This document shows, one piece after another, positions 18,575 through 28,200 of a stretch of 64,000 nucleotides of DNA; position 1 is the stretch's first letter; each line of letters opens with the position of its first letter. The position numbers were made by a program, and so were the translations under genes. Source of the stretch: Clostridiales bacterium (GTDB lineage Bacteria > Bacillota > Clostridia > Christensenellales > CAG-138); the NCBI GenBank assembly GCA_009779405.1, contig WREI01000004.1, forward strand, positions 52-64,051, given 5' to 3'. The notes under the pieces are model-generated. The model was not told the DNA's origin. It made no database searches and saw only the letters and a program-made list of their open reading frames with translations.

Positions 18575-19257
18575 TATTCCATACCCCCCACTACATAATC
18601 CACCAATATCCCGGGCGTCATCATGTTTTCCGGTTCGATTGCGCCGATTTCTACGATATGTTCCGCTTCGGCGATGACGATATCGGCGGCGGTGGCCATC
18701 GGCAGGTTGAAGTTGCGCGTCGTGCCTTTATACCAGATATTGCCCGCACGGTCAATCGTATGGCCGCCGAGCAGCGCGAAGTCGGCGCGGATGGGTTTTT
18801 CCAACAGATAGTTTACGCCGTCGATCTCAATGACGCTGTGGACATGCGGCGCGTCCTGCACGATGGTACCATAGCCCGTCGGGGTCAGCACGCCGCCGAG
18901 GCCATAGCCGCCCGCGCGTATCATCTCGGCCAGCGAGCCCTGCGGGATCAACTCCACGAGGAGCGTGCCCTCGTTCATCTGCGCGGCCACCTCGGGGTTC
19001 AACCCCACGTGGGTCGCGATCAGTTTCTTCACTTGACGGTTATGGATCAGCTTGGCCACGCCGTAGAACTCGCTGCCGTCGGGTCCGTTCGGGCAGGCGC
19101 CGTCGTTACAAATCAGGGTCAAGCCGCCCGTGCCTATGCGCGCCAGCTCTGTCAACAGTCCGTGCGGCGAGCCGCAGCCCATAAAGCCGCCGACCATAAT
19201 CGTTGCGCCCGCGGGGATCATGCGGGCTGCGTCTTCCATGGAAATAAATTTCGGCAT
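18574..19257 (-). CDS. atoD: Butyrate/acetate:acetoacetate CoA-transferase alpha subunit
   Basis: MVGGFMGCG, PQGSLAEMIRAGG, RNFN. Confidence 0.9.
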   Translation of the reverse strand: MPKFISMEDAARMIPAGATIMVGGFMGCGSPHGLLTELARIGTGGLTLICNDGACPNGPDGSEFYGVAKLIHNRQVKKLIATHVGLNPEVAAQMNEGTLLVELIPQGSLAEMIRAGGYGLGGVLTPTGYGTIVQDAPHVHSVIEIDGVNYLLEKPIRADFALLGGHTIDRAGNIWYKGTTRNFNLPMATAADIVIAEAEHIVEIGAIEPENMMTPGILVDYVVGGME

Positions 19258-19346
19258 TGGAACCTCCTCCGTGTTTTAGCAAGGCCAGCATAGCATTTTT
19301 TTACACCGCGCGCAAGACTGCCGGGTTGGGAATTTATCGACACGCT

Positions 19347-19376
19347 CAAACGGACAGCCTTGCGGCTGTCCGTTTG
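19347..19376 (-). terminator. Hairpin, probable terminator of the secreted-protein gene
   Basis: CAAACGGACAGCC-ttgc-GGCTGTCCGTTTG perfect 13-bp stem. Confidence 0.55.
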
Positions 19377-19403
19377 TGTCACATATGCGATTACACAAAT
19401 CCC

Positions 19404-21551
19404 TTACGGTCTCTGCGGGGTGTAATAGAAGTTCTCTCTATCCCACAGAGCGGAATTGTAGCCGGTGATGATGCCGGGATAGGGGAACTTGTTGTAGCGA
19501 ACATCCAAATAGATGTACTTGGCCGTCGGGCACAGGCTGAGCGAGGTGAGATAGTTATCGCTGCAATTGAGAGCTATCAAATTCACCAGACCCGAGACGC
19601 CCTGCAACGTATCTATGGTGTTGCGGCTGCAGTTGATTTCCTCCAACTTGGAGAGACCTGTGACGTTCAGTGCCTCGATATCGTTGCCGCTGCAATTCAG
19701 GTATACCAATTCGGAAAGCCCTCTGAGGTCGAGCGTATTCTTCAGCTTGGTCTTATTCCAGATGGTAACAGTTCTGCCCATATCGCTGCAGTTCAGATGG
19801 ATGAGACGCCTGTCTTTAGCGGTATCCGTCCAAATCATATAGCGTGTCGTTTGACCGGCACCCAACTGATCCCACTCCGGCGGGATGGAGCTCCCGTCCG
19901 CCGGCGCCTTGGGCAGATGCCAGGCGTTATAATCGATCATCCAGTTGATAACCGCGACGTCGCCCTTGTTGTATACGGGCGTCACCAGGTCGTACAGACC
20001 CGCCAGATAGCGCAGGATCAGCGCGGCGTCGAGAGCGGACACAATGCCGTCGCCGTTCACGTCGCCTACGATGCAGTTACAGGTGCCACCGGGTGTGGGC
20101 GTGGGGGTCGCGCCGACGGGCGTGGCCGTGGGGGCAGGGGTCACAGGCGTGGTCGAATATTCAATCACCAGCTCGGGTCTTTTCCCGGCCGCTGCGTCCG
20201 AGGAGAACCACCTGGTCTTCTGCGTTTTGGATGCTTCATCCGCTTCCTTCAGCACGAAGCCATGGTTGGGATTGGTTCCGTTCAGCCAGCTCTTGACCAT
20301 TTCGGTCGCGTCAATCTTATACCAGGATCCGGTATCGAAGACCTGCTGGCCCGTCGCGCCTTCCGTTGTATACGGGAACTGGTCGCGGTTTTCCCAGGTG
20401 ACGGTGCCGATTTTCGTGGCGGAGTACCAATCCGCCGTCGCGCGGTTCGCAATGACCTTCTTGGGGACTACGCCGTCACCGCTGCTGTTTCGCTGGAGAC
20501 GGAGATAGGCGGCCGTGACCTGCGCGACAGGGGGAACCGTCGAACCCGTCAGATCGAAGCGGATATAGGCGCGCATGATGTTGGAGCCCGCCGTGCCGCC
20601 CGTCCAGAAGTTTTCGGCTGTGTTGTAATTACTATCGGGATACTGTTCGTCGATGTAGGTATCCTTCGTATCATCCGATCCGGTGATCATAACGGACGGA
20701 TCGATGACGACGGGATACTGCGTATCGGGGGCCTGCAGGAAGTCCTTGTCCGCCGTCAGGGTGATTTGATAGCTTGTGGCCGATTTTTTGAGCGTATAGC
20801 TGACCGCTTCGGAATATTTGCCGTTTGCGTCCTCCATATAGAGCGGCGCAAGGACAAACACGGCTTCGCCCGCGCTGTTGCGGAACGCGATCGTGCCGCC
20901 CGCGTCATCGGCGGTCAGGGGCTTCCCCTCGGTGCACAGATCAAACTGGAATGTGTTTGGCGCGGCAGCCGATTTCAGAATGATATCCTCTTTCAGAGAA
21001 TTCGTCCTGACCGTATAGGCAACGTCGACGCCCGGCTGCACCTCTTCAAAGATGACGGAGCGGTTGTCTGCGCGCAGTTCCTTATAATAGGCCTGCGCCG
21101 AAGCTTTCATGGCATCGGACTTCTGCACCGTCGCCTTGCTTGCGGCCTGCGGCATGCTGAAATGGAGCAGATACCCGTCCTTTTCCAATGTGACCGCGCG
21201 GTTGGCGCTCAACGTATCCGCAAAATAGCTCTTCCAGGCGTTCGCGGTGTTGCTGTAGCGATAGCCGCTCTTGCTTGCTGCCGAAATGCTGTTGTCGATA
21301 TCTTTCAGCAGGCCGTCCGTACCCCTGTAATGGATATCCTCGGCATAGGCGACATAGCGGTAGGTTCCGTCGGACAGGCGATAGGTCTTGCTGTTCGCTG
21401 TGCGAAGCGACGGGATTTCCACTTCCGGCACCTCGCGCTTGGCATCGGGATCCGCGCCCGAAGCCGCAAGGGCCAGGCCGGATGTCAGAAGCATCCCCAA
21501 CACCAAACAGATCACGATCAGCAGACGACCGAATTGGGAGGATTTTTTCAT
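19404..21551 (-). CDS. Secreted mosaic protein: WapA/Rhs-like N-terminus + DNRLRE-like domain + PT linker + dockerin-like motif + leucine-rich repeats
   Basis: Signal peptide; RTANSKTY, YPVVIDPS, DTYID...PDSNY, NHGFVLK, RPELVIEY; GDVNGDGIVSALDA; LNCSGN repeats. Confidence 0.75.
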   Translation of the reverse strand: MKKSSQFGRLLIVICLVLGMLLTSGLALAASGADPDAKREVPEVEIPSLRTANSKTYRLSDGTYRYVAYAEDIHYRGTDGLLKDIDNSISAASKSGYRYSNTANAWKSYFADTLSANRAVTLEKDGYLLHFSMPQAASKATVQKSDAMKASAQAYYKELRADNRSVIFEEVQPGVDVAYTVRTNSLKEDIILKSAAAPNTFQFDLCTEGKPLTADDAGGTIAFRNSAGEAVFVLAPLYMEDANGKYSEAVSYTLKKSATSYQITLTADKDFLQAPDTQYPVVIDPSVMITGSDDTKDTYIDEQYPDSNYNTAENFWTGGTAGSNIMRAYIRFDLTGSTVPPVAQVTAAYLRLQRNSSGDGVVPKKVIANRATADWYSATKIGTVTWENRDQFPYTTEGATGQQVFDTGSWYKIDATEMVKSWLNGTNPNHGFVLKEADEASKTQKTRWFSSDAAAGKRPELVIEYSTTPVTPAPTATPVGATPTPTPGGTCNCIVGDVNGDGIVSALDAALILRYLAGLYDLVTPVYNKGDVAVINWMIDYNAWHLPKAPADGSSIPPEWDQLGAGQTTRYMIWTDTAKDRRLIHLNCSDMGRTVTIWNKTKLKNTLDLRGLSELVYLNCSGNDIEALNVTGLSKLEEINCSRNTIDTLQGVSGLVNLIALNCSDNYLTSLSLCPTAKYIYLDVRYNKFPYPGIITGYNSALWDRENFYYTPQRP

Positions 21552-21708
21552 GGATGGCTTACCTCTTTTCACATTTTTTTGCGTGCAACACATGGTGCAC
21601 GGCATAAATAGTGCCGTAAGGTTAGCATAACAGGAGGGATCTTCGCAAGTGAATTTTCAGAATGTCGAACACGTTTACTATTTATTTACAAGCCGTTCGC
21701 ATAATTTC

Positions 21709-22497
21709 TTATTTTGCGCCACTACGTCGCGCCAATTCCGTTGCGAAAAACGTCGCCACATCTTCGGCGAACTTGCCGACGCCGAAGCCCGCGTCATAGC
21801 CCAGCTCCTTCGCCAGTTCGTGGCCGATGCGTGCGCCGCCGCAGATGACGATATAGTTTTGCCGCTCACCCTCCGCTTCCAACAGCTCTATCAGCCCGGT
21901 CAGGTTTGAGATATGGATATCCTTTTGCGTCACGGTCTGCGAGACGAGGAGCACGTCCGCTTTCAATTCGCGCGCGCGGAGCAAGAGCTCCTCGTTCGGC
22001 ACCTGACTGCCGAGGTTATGCGCTTCGATCATCTCATAGCGCTCCAGCCCGTAATGCCCCGCGAAGCCCTTGCGGTTCATGATCGCGTCGATGCCGACCG
22101 TGTGCGCGTCCGTACCCGTGCTCGCGCCCACGACGACGACCTTGCGGCCTATGTGCTCGCGGATATAGGCGTTGACGGCCTCCATATCCATGGTCTTCTC
22201 CTGCACGGTGACGACCTGTATGGCGTTATAATCCACGCTGTGCGCGACGCCGCCATAGACGACATAGAAGGTGAAGCTGCTGTCGAGCGGCGCGTGGTGG
22301 GCGACGTTCGGGTCGGCTATGCCCATCTTGCGCGCCAGCTGTTTAGCCGCTTCCGCGCCGCGCTCATCGTCCGCGACGGGCAAAGTGAAACTAAGCTGCA
22401 CTTTGCCGTCGTTCATCGTGTCGCCATAGGGGCGCAGTTTGCTTAAATCCAGCAAGGTATCGAAGGCGGTTTTGTTCAGATTATAGTTCCCGCTCAT
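21709..22497 (-). CDS. kamE: Lysine 5,6-aminomutase beta subunit (B12-binding)
   Basis: PYGDTMNDGKVQLSFTLP, DAHTVGIDA cobalamin motif. Confidence 0.95.
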   Translation of the reverse strand: MSGNYNLNKTAFDTLLDLSKLRPYGDTMNDGKVQLSFTLPVADDERGAEAAKQLARKMGIADPNVAHHAPLDSSFTFYVVYGGVAHSVDYNAIQVVTVQEKTMDMEAVNAYIREHIGRKVVVVGASTGTDAHTVGIDAIMNRKGFAGHYGLERYEMIEAHNLGSQVPNEELLLRARELKADVLLVSQTVTQKDIHISNLTGLIELLEAEGERQNYIVICGGARIGHELAKELGYDAGFGVGKFAEDVATFFATELARRSGAK

Positions 22498-24053
22498 TGG
22501 GCAACGCCTCCTTTCATGAGGTCAACAAACGGATTGCGGTATTGCGGTGCTTTGCGCACCACGCCCGACAGCCCCTTACCGCCGTCGCGGGGGCGCTTGA
22601 TATCGGCGAACACGCCCGCTTCCAGCGCCGCGAACAGCCCGCGCCGTTCAATCTCGGCCAGCAGAGCCGCCGCCTTCTCCAACACTTCTGCGGCGCGCAC
22701 CTGTACCCTGCCGCCCTCGCGGAAGCTGATTTCCTCGCCCAAGTGGCGCATCGTGCGCTCGATATAGCGCGCGTTCTCAATGGCCAGCGCGCGGTCGGAG
22801 AGAAAGGGCGTATGCACGGCCTCGGTCAGCATACCCAGCAGGTGTATCTTCTGCCCCGTGAGCACGGTCACCGCGTTAAACAGCGCGTCCTGCACATGCC
22901 CGCGGAAGATATTGCCCGTCATAAACTTGGTCGGCGGCATATATTTCAGCGGCGCATCGGGGAAAATCTCCCGCGCCATCTGCGCCTGCGCCAGCTCCAT
23001 CAGAAAACCGTCCTCGACGTCCGGATCTATCTCAAACGCATGCCCCAGACCCTGCTGCTGTGGGGCCAGCCCTGCAAGCAACGCAAACTGCTCGTTCAGG
23101 AACTGCGAGGCCAGCACGGTATGCGCTTCCTCCACGGCGTCGGCGGTCGTCAGATAATTGTCCTCGCCCGTGTTGATGATCACGCCCGCGAAGGAGTTGA
23201 TCACCCGCGAAAAATACTGGTCGATGATCGTGCGCTGCATATTGATATCGCGGAAGAGTATGCCGTAGAGCGCGTCGTTCAGCATCATATCCAAGCGCTC
23301 GAGCGCGCCCATCGCGGCGATCTCGGGCATGCAGAGCCCCGAGCAATAGTTGCAAAGGCGTATATAGCGCTTCTCCTGCGCGCCCACCTCGTCCAGCGCG
23401 GCGCGCATCAGGCGGAAATTCTCCTGCGTGGCATAGGTGCCGCCGAAACCCTCGGTCGTCGCGCCATATGGTACATAGTCCAATAAACTTTGCCCCGTCG
23501 TGCGGATCACGGCGATCACGTCCGCGCCCTGCACCGCCGCGGCTCGTGCCTGTATGATGTCCTGATATATATCGCCCGTCGCGACGATGACATAGATATA
23601 CGGCGCGTCCTTGTCGCCGTATTCGGCGAGACAGGCGCGTCGCGCGGCGGCGTTTGCGCGTATGCGCTCCGCCGTTTCCCTTGCTATGTTTGCGGCGGCG
23701 GCGTGGGCGGTCTCCACATCGCGAATCTCCACGCGGGACAGGTCTAAGCGCCCCGCGGCGAGTTCCTCAGCGATCTGCTGTGGGGTCAGACCCGTTTCTA
23801 TCATCGCCGCGCCCAATAGCAGGGCCGTGCCCATGGGCAGCAGGCCCTTCTCGTGCAGATGTTCCACCACCACATTGGGCAGCGGCACCTCGAACGCGTT
23901 CACGCCGTCCACGCCCAACAGACGGCAGACGGCCCGCTCCACGGTGACGGTCGTATGCCGGTCGATAAAGCTTTGCGTATCGGCGGCGACCCGGGCGGCG
24001 CTTTGGCGGGCCTTGTTTACTGTGTTTTGGTTTAGGTTTAGTTTGGTTAACAT
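22494..24053 (-). CDS. kamD: Lysine 5,6-aminomutase alpha subunit
   Basis: HTTVTVER, IRTTGQSLLDYVPYG, NYCSGLCMPE, YMPPTK. Confidence 0.95.
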   Translation of the reverse strand: MLTKLNLNQNTVNKARQSAARVAADTQSFIDRHTTVTVERAVCRLLGVDGVNAFEVPLPNVVVEHLHEKGLLPMGTALLLGAAMIETGLTPQQIAEELAAGRLDLSRVEIRDVETAHAAAANIARETAERIRANAAARRACLAEYGDKDAPYIYVIVATGDIYQDIIQARAAAVQGADVIAVIRTTGQSLLDYVPYGATTEGFGGTYATQENFRLMRAALDEVGAQEKRYIRLCNYCSGLCMPEIAAMGALERLDMMLNDALYGILFRDINMQRTIIDQYFSRVINSFAGVIINTGEDNYLTTADAVEEAHTVLASQFLNEQFALLAGLAPQQQGLGHAFEIDPDVEDGFLMELAQAQMAREIFPDAPLKYMPPTKFMTGNIFRGHVQDALFNAVTVLTGQKIHLLGMLTEAVHTPFLSDRALAIENARYIERTMRHLGEEISFREGGRVQVRAAEVLEKAAALLAEIERRGLFAALEAGVFADIKRPRDGGKGLSGVVRKAPQYRNPFVDLMKGGVAQ

Positions 24054-24058
24054 GATGA

Positions 24059-24148
24059 CTACATCCCCAATTCCACCTTGATGGCGTTTTGCAGCAGCTT
24101 GGATGCGTTGATGCCCTTACGCTCCACTTCCGTATCCATCCACTGCGG
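24059..24148 (-). pseudogene. C-terminal remnant of a HicB-type antitoxin
   Basis: Frame reads PQWMDTEVERKGINASKLLQNAIKVELGM*, resembling the HicB C-terminal pattern; an in-frame TGA lies just upstream. Confidence 0.5.
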
Positions 24149-24219
24149 TTTTCATGTGGCTCCTTGGTTTTTTGATATTTGCGGTAATGTGCTTGCCCGT
24201 TGTTGCTTGTGTTCCGGGA

Positions 24220-24245
24220 GGGCGCGATATATCGCGCCCCTACGA
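24220..24245. repeat. GTAG-type REP
   Basis: GGGCGCGATATATCGCGCCCCTACG. Confidence 0.75.
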
Positions 24246-24305
24246 ATCTGAGCGTTCATTTGTAGGGACATCCCTTGCAAATTCTCGCAACAGCGTCGCG
24301 AGAAT

Positions 24306-25541
24306 TCATTTGCCCCTACGTTTCCGCACCAAATCCTCAGGCTCCAGCGCCAGCTGCTGTCCGGCCAGCAGACCCGCCACGCCAAGGGCGGGTTTGTTGT
24401 GTCTGCCGCCGCAGGCATCGCAGTCACAGCTTTCCGCATATGCTTCCGGTTCCGTATAGGCCGCGATCACGCCCTCGAAATTGCGAAGGACGACGCGCTT
24501 GCCGCCCTGCGAAATCAGATAATTGGGCATCACGGGGATCTTGCCGCCGCCGCCGGGCGCGTCCACCACAAAGGTCGGTACGCAGAAGCCCGAGGTATGC
24601 CCGCGCAAGCCCTCGATGATCTCAATCCCCTTCGCGACGGGCGTGCGGAAATGCTCCAGCCCCCGCGCGAGGTCGCACTGATAAATGTAATAGGGCCGCA
24701 CGCGCATCTTCACCAGTTCGTGCACCAATTTGCGCATCACGTGCACACAGTCGTTCACGCCCGCCAGCAGGACGCTCTGGTTGCCCAGCGGTATGCCCGC
24801 GTCGGCCAGCATGGCGCAGGCGTGCGCCGCCTCGGGCGTGATCTCACAGGGGTGGTTGAAATGCGTGTTCAGCCAAACGGGGTGGTATTTTTTCAGCATA
24901 CTGCAGAGTTCGGGCGTCACGCGCTGGGGCATCACCACGGGTATGCGCGAGCCGATCCGAACGATCTCCACGTGCGGAATCTCGCGCAGGCGCTGCAAGA
25001 TACTCTCCAGCCTGCTGTCGCTGAGCGTCAGCACATCCCCGCCCGAGAGCAGCACGTCCCGCACCTCGGGATGCTGCTTTATGTATTCTATCTGCTGATC
25101 CAATATCGCCGCGGGCGTGGTGCTGTCCGTGGCCCCCGCAAAGCGGCGGCGCGTGCAGTGGCGGCAATACATGGCGCACTGGTCGGTGACCAGCATCAGC
25201 ACGCGGTCGGGATAGCGGTGGGTCAGGCGCGGCGCGGGCGCGTCCCCGTCCTCATGCAGCGGATCGGCCAAATCGTGCGCCGCCACATCCAATTCGCGCG
25301 CCGTGGGGATTGCCTGCTTGCGCACCGGATCGTTCGGATTCTCCAAATCAATCAGGGACAGATAATAGGGCGTGATAGCCATACGCAGGCTCTGCAAACA
25401 CTGTGCCACGCCTAATTCCTCGGCAGGGGAGAGCTGCACATAGCGTTTCAACTCCGCCAAAGCTTCGACGCGGTGCGTCAGCTGCCACTTCCAGTCGTTC
25501 CATTGGGATTCCGGGATGTCGGTGAAGATTGTTCGGTTCAT
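24306..25541 (-). CDS. kamA: L-lysine 2,3-aminomutase (radical SAM)
   Basis: WNDWKWQL, THRYPDR, CAMYCRHCTRRR, DAPGGGGKIP. Confidence 0.97.
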   Translation of the reverse strand: MNRTIFTDIPESQWNDWKWQLTHRVEALAELKRYVQLSPAEELGVAQCLQSLRMAITPYYLSLIDLENPNDPVRKQAIPTARELDVAAHDLADPLHEDGDAPAPRLTHRYPDRVLMLVTDQCAMYCRHCTRRRFAGATDSTTPAAILDQQIEYIKQHPEVRDVLLSGGDVLTLSDSRLESILQRLREIPHVEIVRIGSRIPVVMPQRVTPELCSMLKKYHPVWLNTHFNHPCEITPEAAHACAMLADAGIPLGNQSVLLAGVNDCVHVMRKLVHELVKMRVRPYYIYQCDLARGLEHFRTPVAKGIEIIEGLRGHTSGFCVPTFVVDAPGGGGKIPVMPNYLISQGGKRVVLRNFEGVIAAYTEPEAYAESCDCDACGGRHNKPALGVAGLLAGQQLALEPEDLVRKRRGK

Positions 25542-25562
25542 AGGTGGCTCCTTTATTGAATT

Positions 25563-25659
25563 CGTAGGGGCGCAATACATTGCGCCCTGTAACACATTAA
25601 ATCTGCCCCATCCGGTGCAGTTCTGATTCCACCAGGGCGCGATATATCGCGCCCCTACA
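25563..25659. repeat. GTAG-type REP doublet
   Basis: CGTAGGGGCGCAATACATTGCGCCC ... GGGCGCGATATATCGCGCCCCTACA. Confidence 0.75.
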
Positions 25660-25661
25660 AA

Positions 25662-26702
25662 TTAAATGTATTTAGCGTTGAACAACTCGCGAATCTTCTC
25701 GCTCTCACGCAATTCATGCAAGGTAATCTCGGCGTGATCCCTGGTATACCCGTTGCCGACGATCATCGTCACATCCTTGCCCACGCCCTCGGCGCCCAGC
25801 GCGGCACGCGTGAAGCTCGTCGCCATCGAGAAGAAATAGACCAGCCCCCCGTCGCGCACGGGCAGTATGGCCGACATTTCGCAGACCTCGACGTTTACAC
25901 AGCTGATCGATATATCATATTCCGCGCCGCCGTTCGCCAGCAGCGCTTTTTCGAGCAGGTCGACGGGCCTGGTCGCGTCCGCAACGATATAGTGATGGCA
26001 TACGCCCAGGGCCAGCAACTCCTCGCCCTGCACCGCGCGGCGTATCATGGCGACGACATTGCCCGTTGGCCCCACGCGCTTCATCGCTTCATAGCAGCAG
26101 AGTATGCCGCTCTTGCCGCCCGCGCCGAGTATCAGCACGCTGTCGCCCGGCTTCACCAATTTCGCGGTCTGCGCGGGCGCACCCGCCACGTCCAGCGCGG
26201 CCAAAGCGAGGGCTTCGCTCATATCGTCGGGCAGCTTCGCATAGATCGCGCTCTCGAACAGCACGGCTTTCGCATCCACGTCCACGCGGTCGATATCCAT
26301 ATGGATCTGCTTGATCTTCTCGATCTTCAGCGGCGTCATAGAGAGCGAGACCAACGATGCGATCTTGTCTCCCACCTTCAGATCCCGGCCCGCCAGATCC
26401 TCGCCGATATAGGCCACGCGGCCTATAAACATGCCGCCGCTGCCCGTCACGGGGTTCTGCATCTTCCCGCGCTCCCCGACGATGCCCAGAATCATCTCCG
26501 CAATCCTCTCGGGGTCGCCGCCGCAGGCCCCCTTGATCTGCGTAAAGCTCGCTGAATCCACGTTCAGCGAAATCACATCGCAGATGATCTCGTTGGAGTA
26601 GTGCTTCTCCATATCATTGTCGATCACCTGCGCTGCCTGCGTCAGCACGCCCTGGGGCGCGATTACGCGGTGGATGCCGTATTTGTTGCCTTTTTGTGTC
26701 AT
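25662..26702 (-). CDS. kdd: L-erythro-3,5-diaminohexanoate dehydrogenase
   Basis: YGIHRVI, NPVTGSGGM, ASLVSLS, DVAGAPAQ, GAEGVGKD. Confidence 0.93.
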   Translation of the reverse strand: MTQKGNKYGIHRVIAPQGVLTQAAQVIDNDMEKHYSNEIICDVISLNVDSASFTQIKGACGGDPERIAEMILGIVGERGKMQNPVTGSGGMFIGRVAYIGEDLAGRDLKVGDKIASLVSLSMTPLKIEKIKQIHMDIDRVDVDAKAVLFESAIYAKLPDDMSEALALAALDVAGAPAQTAKLVKPGDSVLILGAGGKSGILCCYEAMKRVGPTGNVVAMIRRAVQGEELLALGVCHHYIVADATRPVDLLEKALLANGGAEYDISISCVNVEVCEMSAILPVRDGGLVYFFSMATSFTRAALGAEGVGKDVTMIVGNGYTRDHAEITLHELRESEKIRELFNAKYI

Positions 26703-26718
26703 GGTGGTTCTCCTTTTC

Positions 26719-27271
26719 AGTTAAGAGTTAATAGTGAAGAGTGAAGAGTTTTGGTTGAAATGCCGTTGGCATTTCTTATCATTGTATTTCTTCACTTCCG
26801 CGTGCGATTGTCTTTGTTGCGGAGTTCAGCATTTTAAGCAATTCTTCGCAATCACCCCATATGGATTCATATTCTTTTTTTGCCAAATATCCCGTCTCAT
26901 AAAGTAACTCAATCCAATATAGCGTTTCGGCACATTCTTTCAGTGCAATACGAAGCTTACTGTGAAAGTCCTTGCGGCTGATAGCATAGCTGCTTTCCGC
27001 AGCGTTCGCGCCAATGCTTGTTCCGCTTCGCAACAACTGCTTGGAAAGCACATACTCCTTCTTTTCCTCACAGAGAAATCTATACAAATTCACGATTCTC
27101 ACAGCGAATCGTTTGCTCTTATATTTTACTGTTTTCTCATCAATCATCATCGCTTACTCCTAATCTTTATCGCGTTAAGAGTGAATAGTTGTAGTAGAAA
27201 TTCCTTCTAATATTATATGGGGAATCGCTTGCGATTCCTACCGCAACTCTTAACTCTTCACTCTTAACCCT
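26719..27271. repeat. Heptamer (AGTKAAK)n inverted-repeat cassette around a four-helix-bundle gene
   Basis: Arms 26719-26750 and 27174-27190 are both complementary to arm 27245-27271. Confidence 0.85.
26779..27150 (-). CDS. Four helix bundle protein (23S rRNA IVS protein / TIGR02436 family)
   Basis: KSKRFAVRIV, LSKQLLRSGTSIGAN, SRKDF.SKL.IALKE..ET.YW; AT-rich. Confidence 0.9.
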   Translation of the reverse strand: MMIDEKTVKYKSKRFAVRIVNLYRFLCEEKKEYVLSKQLLRSGTSIGANAAESSYAISRKDFHSKLRIALKECAETLYWIELLYETGYLAKKEYESIWGDCEELLKMLNSATKTIARGSEEIQ

Positions 27272-27275
27272 ACGC

Positions 27276-28091
27276 TCACATCCCCAAAATCTCCCGCGCT
27301 TCTGCCGGGGTCGCAATCCCGCGCCCCAGCTCCTTTGCGATTCGAACGGCCTTGGCGACCAGCTCGCCGTTGCTCTTGGCCAGTACGCCCTTCTCCAAAT
27401 AGATGTTATCCTCAAAGCCCACGCGCACGTGCCCGCCCATCAGGATGGCCATGGTCGCCATGGGGAATTGCGCGCGGCCCACGCCCGCCGCCGTCCAAGT
27501 GCTGTTTGGCGGTATGCTGCCCGCCATAAACACGAGGTCGCGCGGCGTTGCCGCGATGCCGCCGTTCACGCCCATCACAAAATCAAAGTGCATGGGATCG
27601 GCGATATAGCCCCTGCGGTGCAGGCGCAGAGCCATATCGATCATGCCCTTGTCGAAGACCTCCAGCTCGGGCTTGATACCCCGCGCTGTCATCTTCCGGG
27701 CAAACTCAATGATCGTATTTTCGGTGTTGACGAAAATATCGTCCCCGCCGAAATTGCAGGTGCCGCAGTCCAGGGTCGCCATCTCCGGGTTCAATGTGAT
27801 GGGCTGCAAGCGCTCTTCGTTGCTCATACCCACGGCCCCGCCCGTGCTCGTCTGGATAATCACATCCGGGCAAACTTCGCGAATCGCGGCAATGCACGCG
27901 GCAAAGCGCGCCGCGCTCTGGGTGGGCGTGCCGTCGTCCTCGCGCACATGCAAGTGTATAATCGCCGCGCCCGCGTCAACGGCGCTCTTGGCTTCCCGCG
28001 CAATCTCGGCCACCGTATACGGCACCGCCGGGTTGTGTTCCTTCGTGACTTCCGCCCCGCAAATGCAGGCGGTGATGATGAGTTTTTCCAT
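27276..28091 (-). CDS. kce: 3-keto-5-aminohexanoate cleavage enzyme
   Basis: IITACICGAE, IIHLHVR, STGGAVG, RVGFEDN. Confidence 0.93.
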   Translation of the reverse strand: MEKLIITACICGAEVTKEHNPAVPYTVAEIAREAKSAVDAGAAIIHLHVREDDGTPTQSAARFAACIAAIREVCPDVIIQTSTGGAVGMSNEERLQPITLNPEMATLDCGTCNFGGDDIFVNTENTIIEFARKMTARGIKPELEVFDKGMIDMALRLHRRGYIADPMHFDFVMGVNGGIAATPRDLVFMAGSIPPNSTWTAAGVGRAQFPMATMAILMGGHVRVGFEDNIYLEKGVLAKSNGELVAKAVRIAKELGRGIATPAEAREILGM

Positions 28092-28109
28092 GGGAGCTCC
28101 TTTCATTAA

Positions 28110-28200
28110 GAGGAAGGTGGAAAGAGGAAAGGGGAAAGTTAAGGCATTTCCATGTTCCCTGCCCACTCTATCTTTCCTCTTTCATCTTTCCACTTTCCTC
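28110..28200. repeat. Heptamer-built inverted repeat (GNGGAAA)n / (CTTTCCN)n, gene-less
   Basis: Arm 28110-28138 pairs with arm 28172-28200, which overlaps the last kal codons and stop. Confidence 0.8.
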
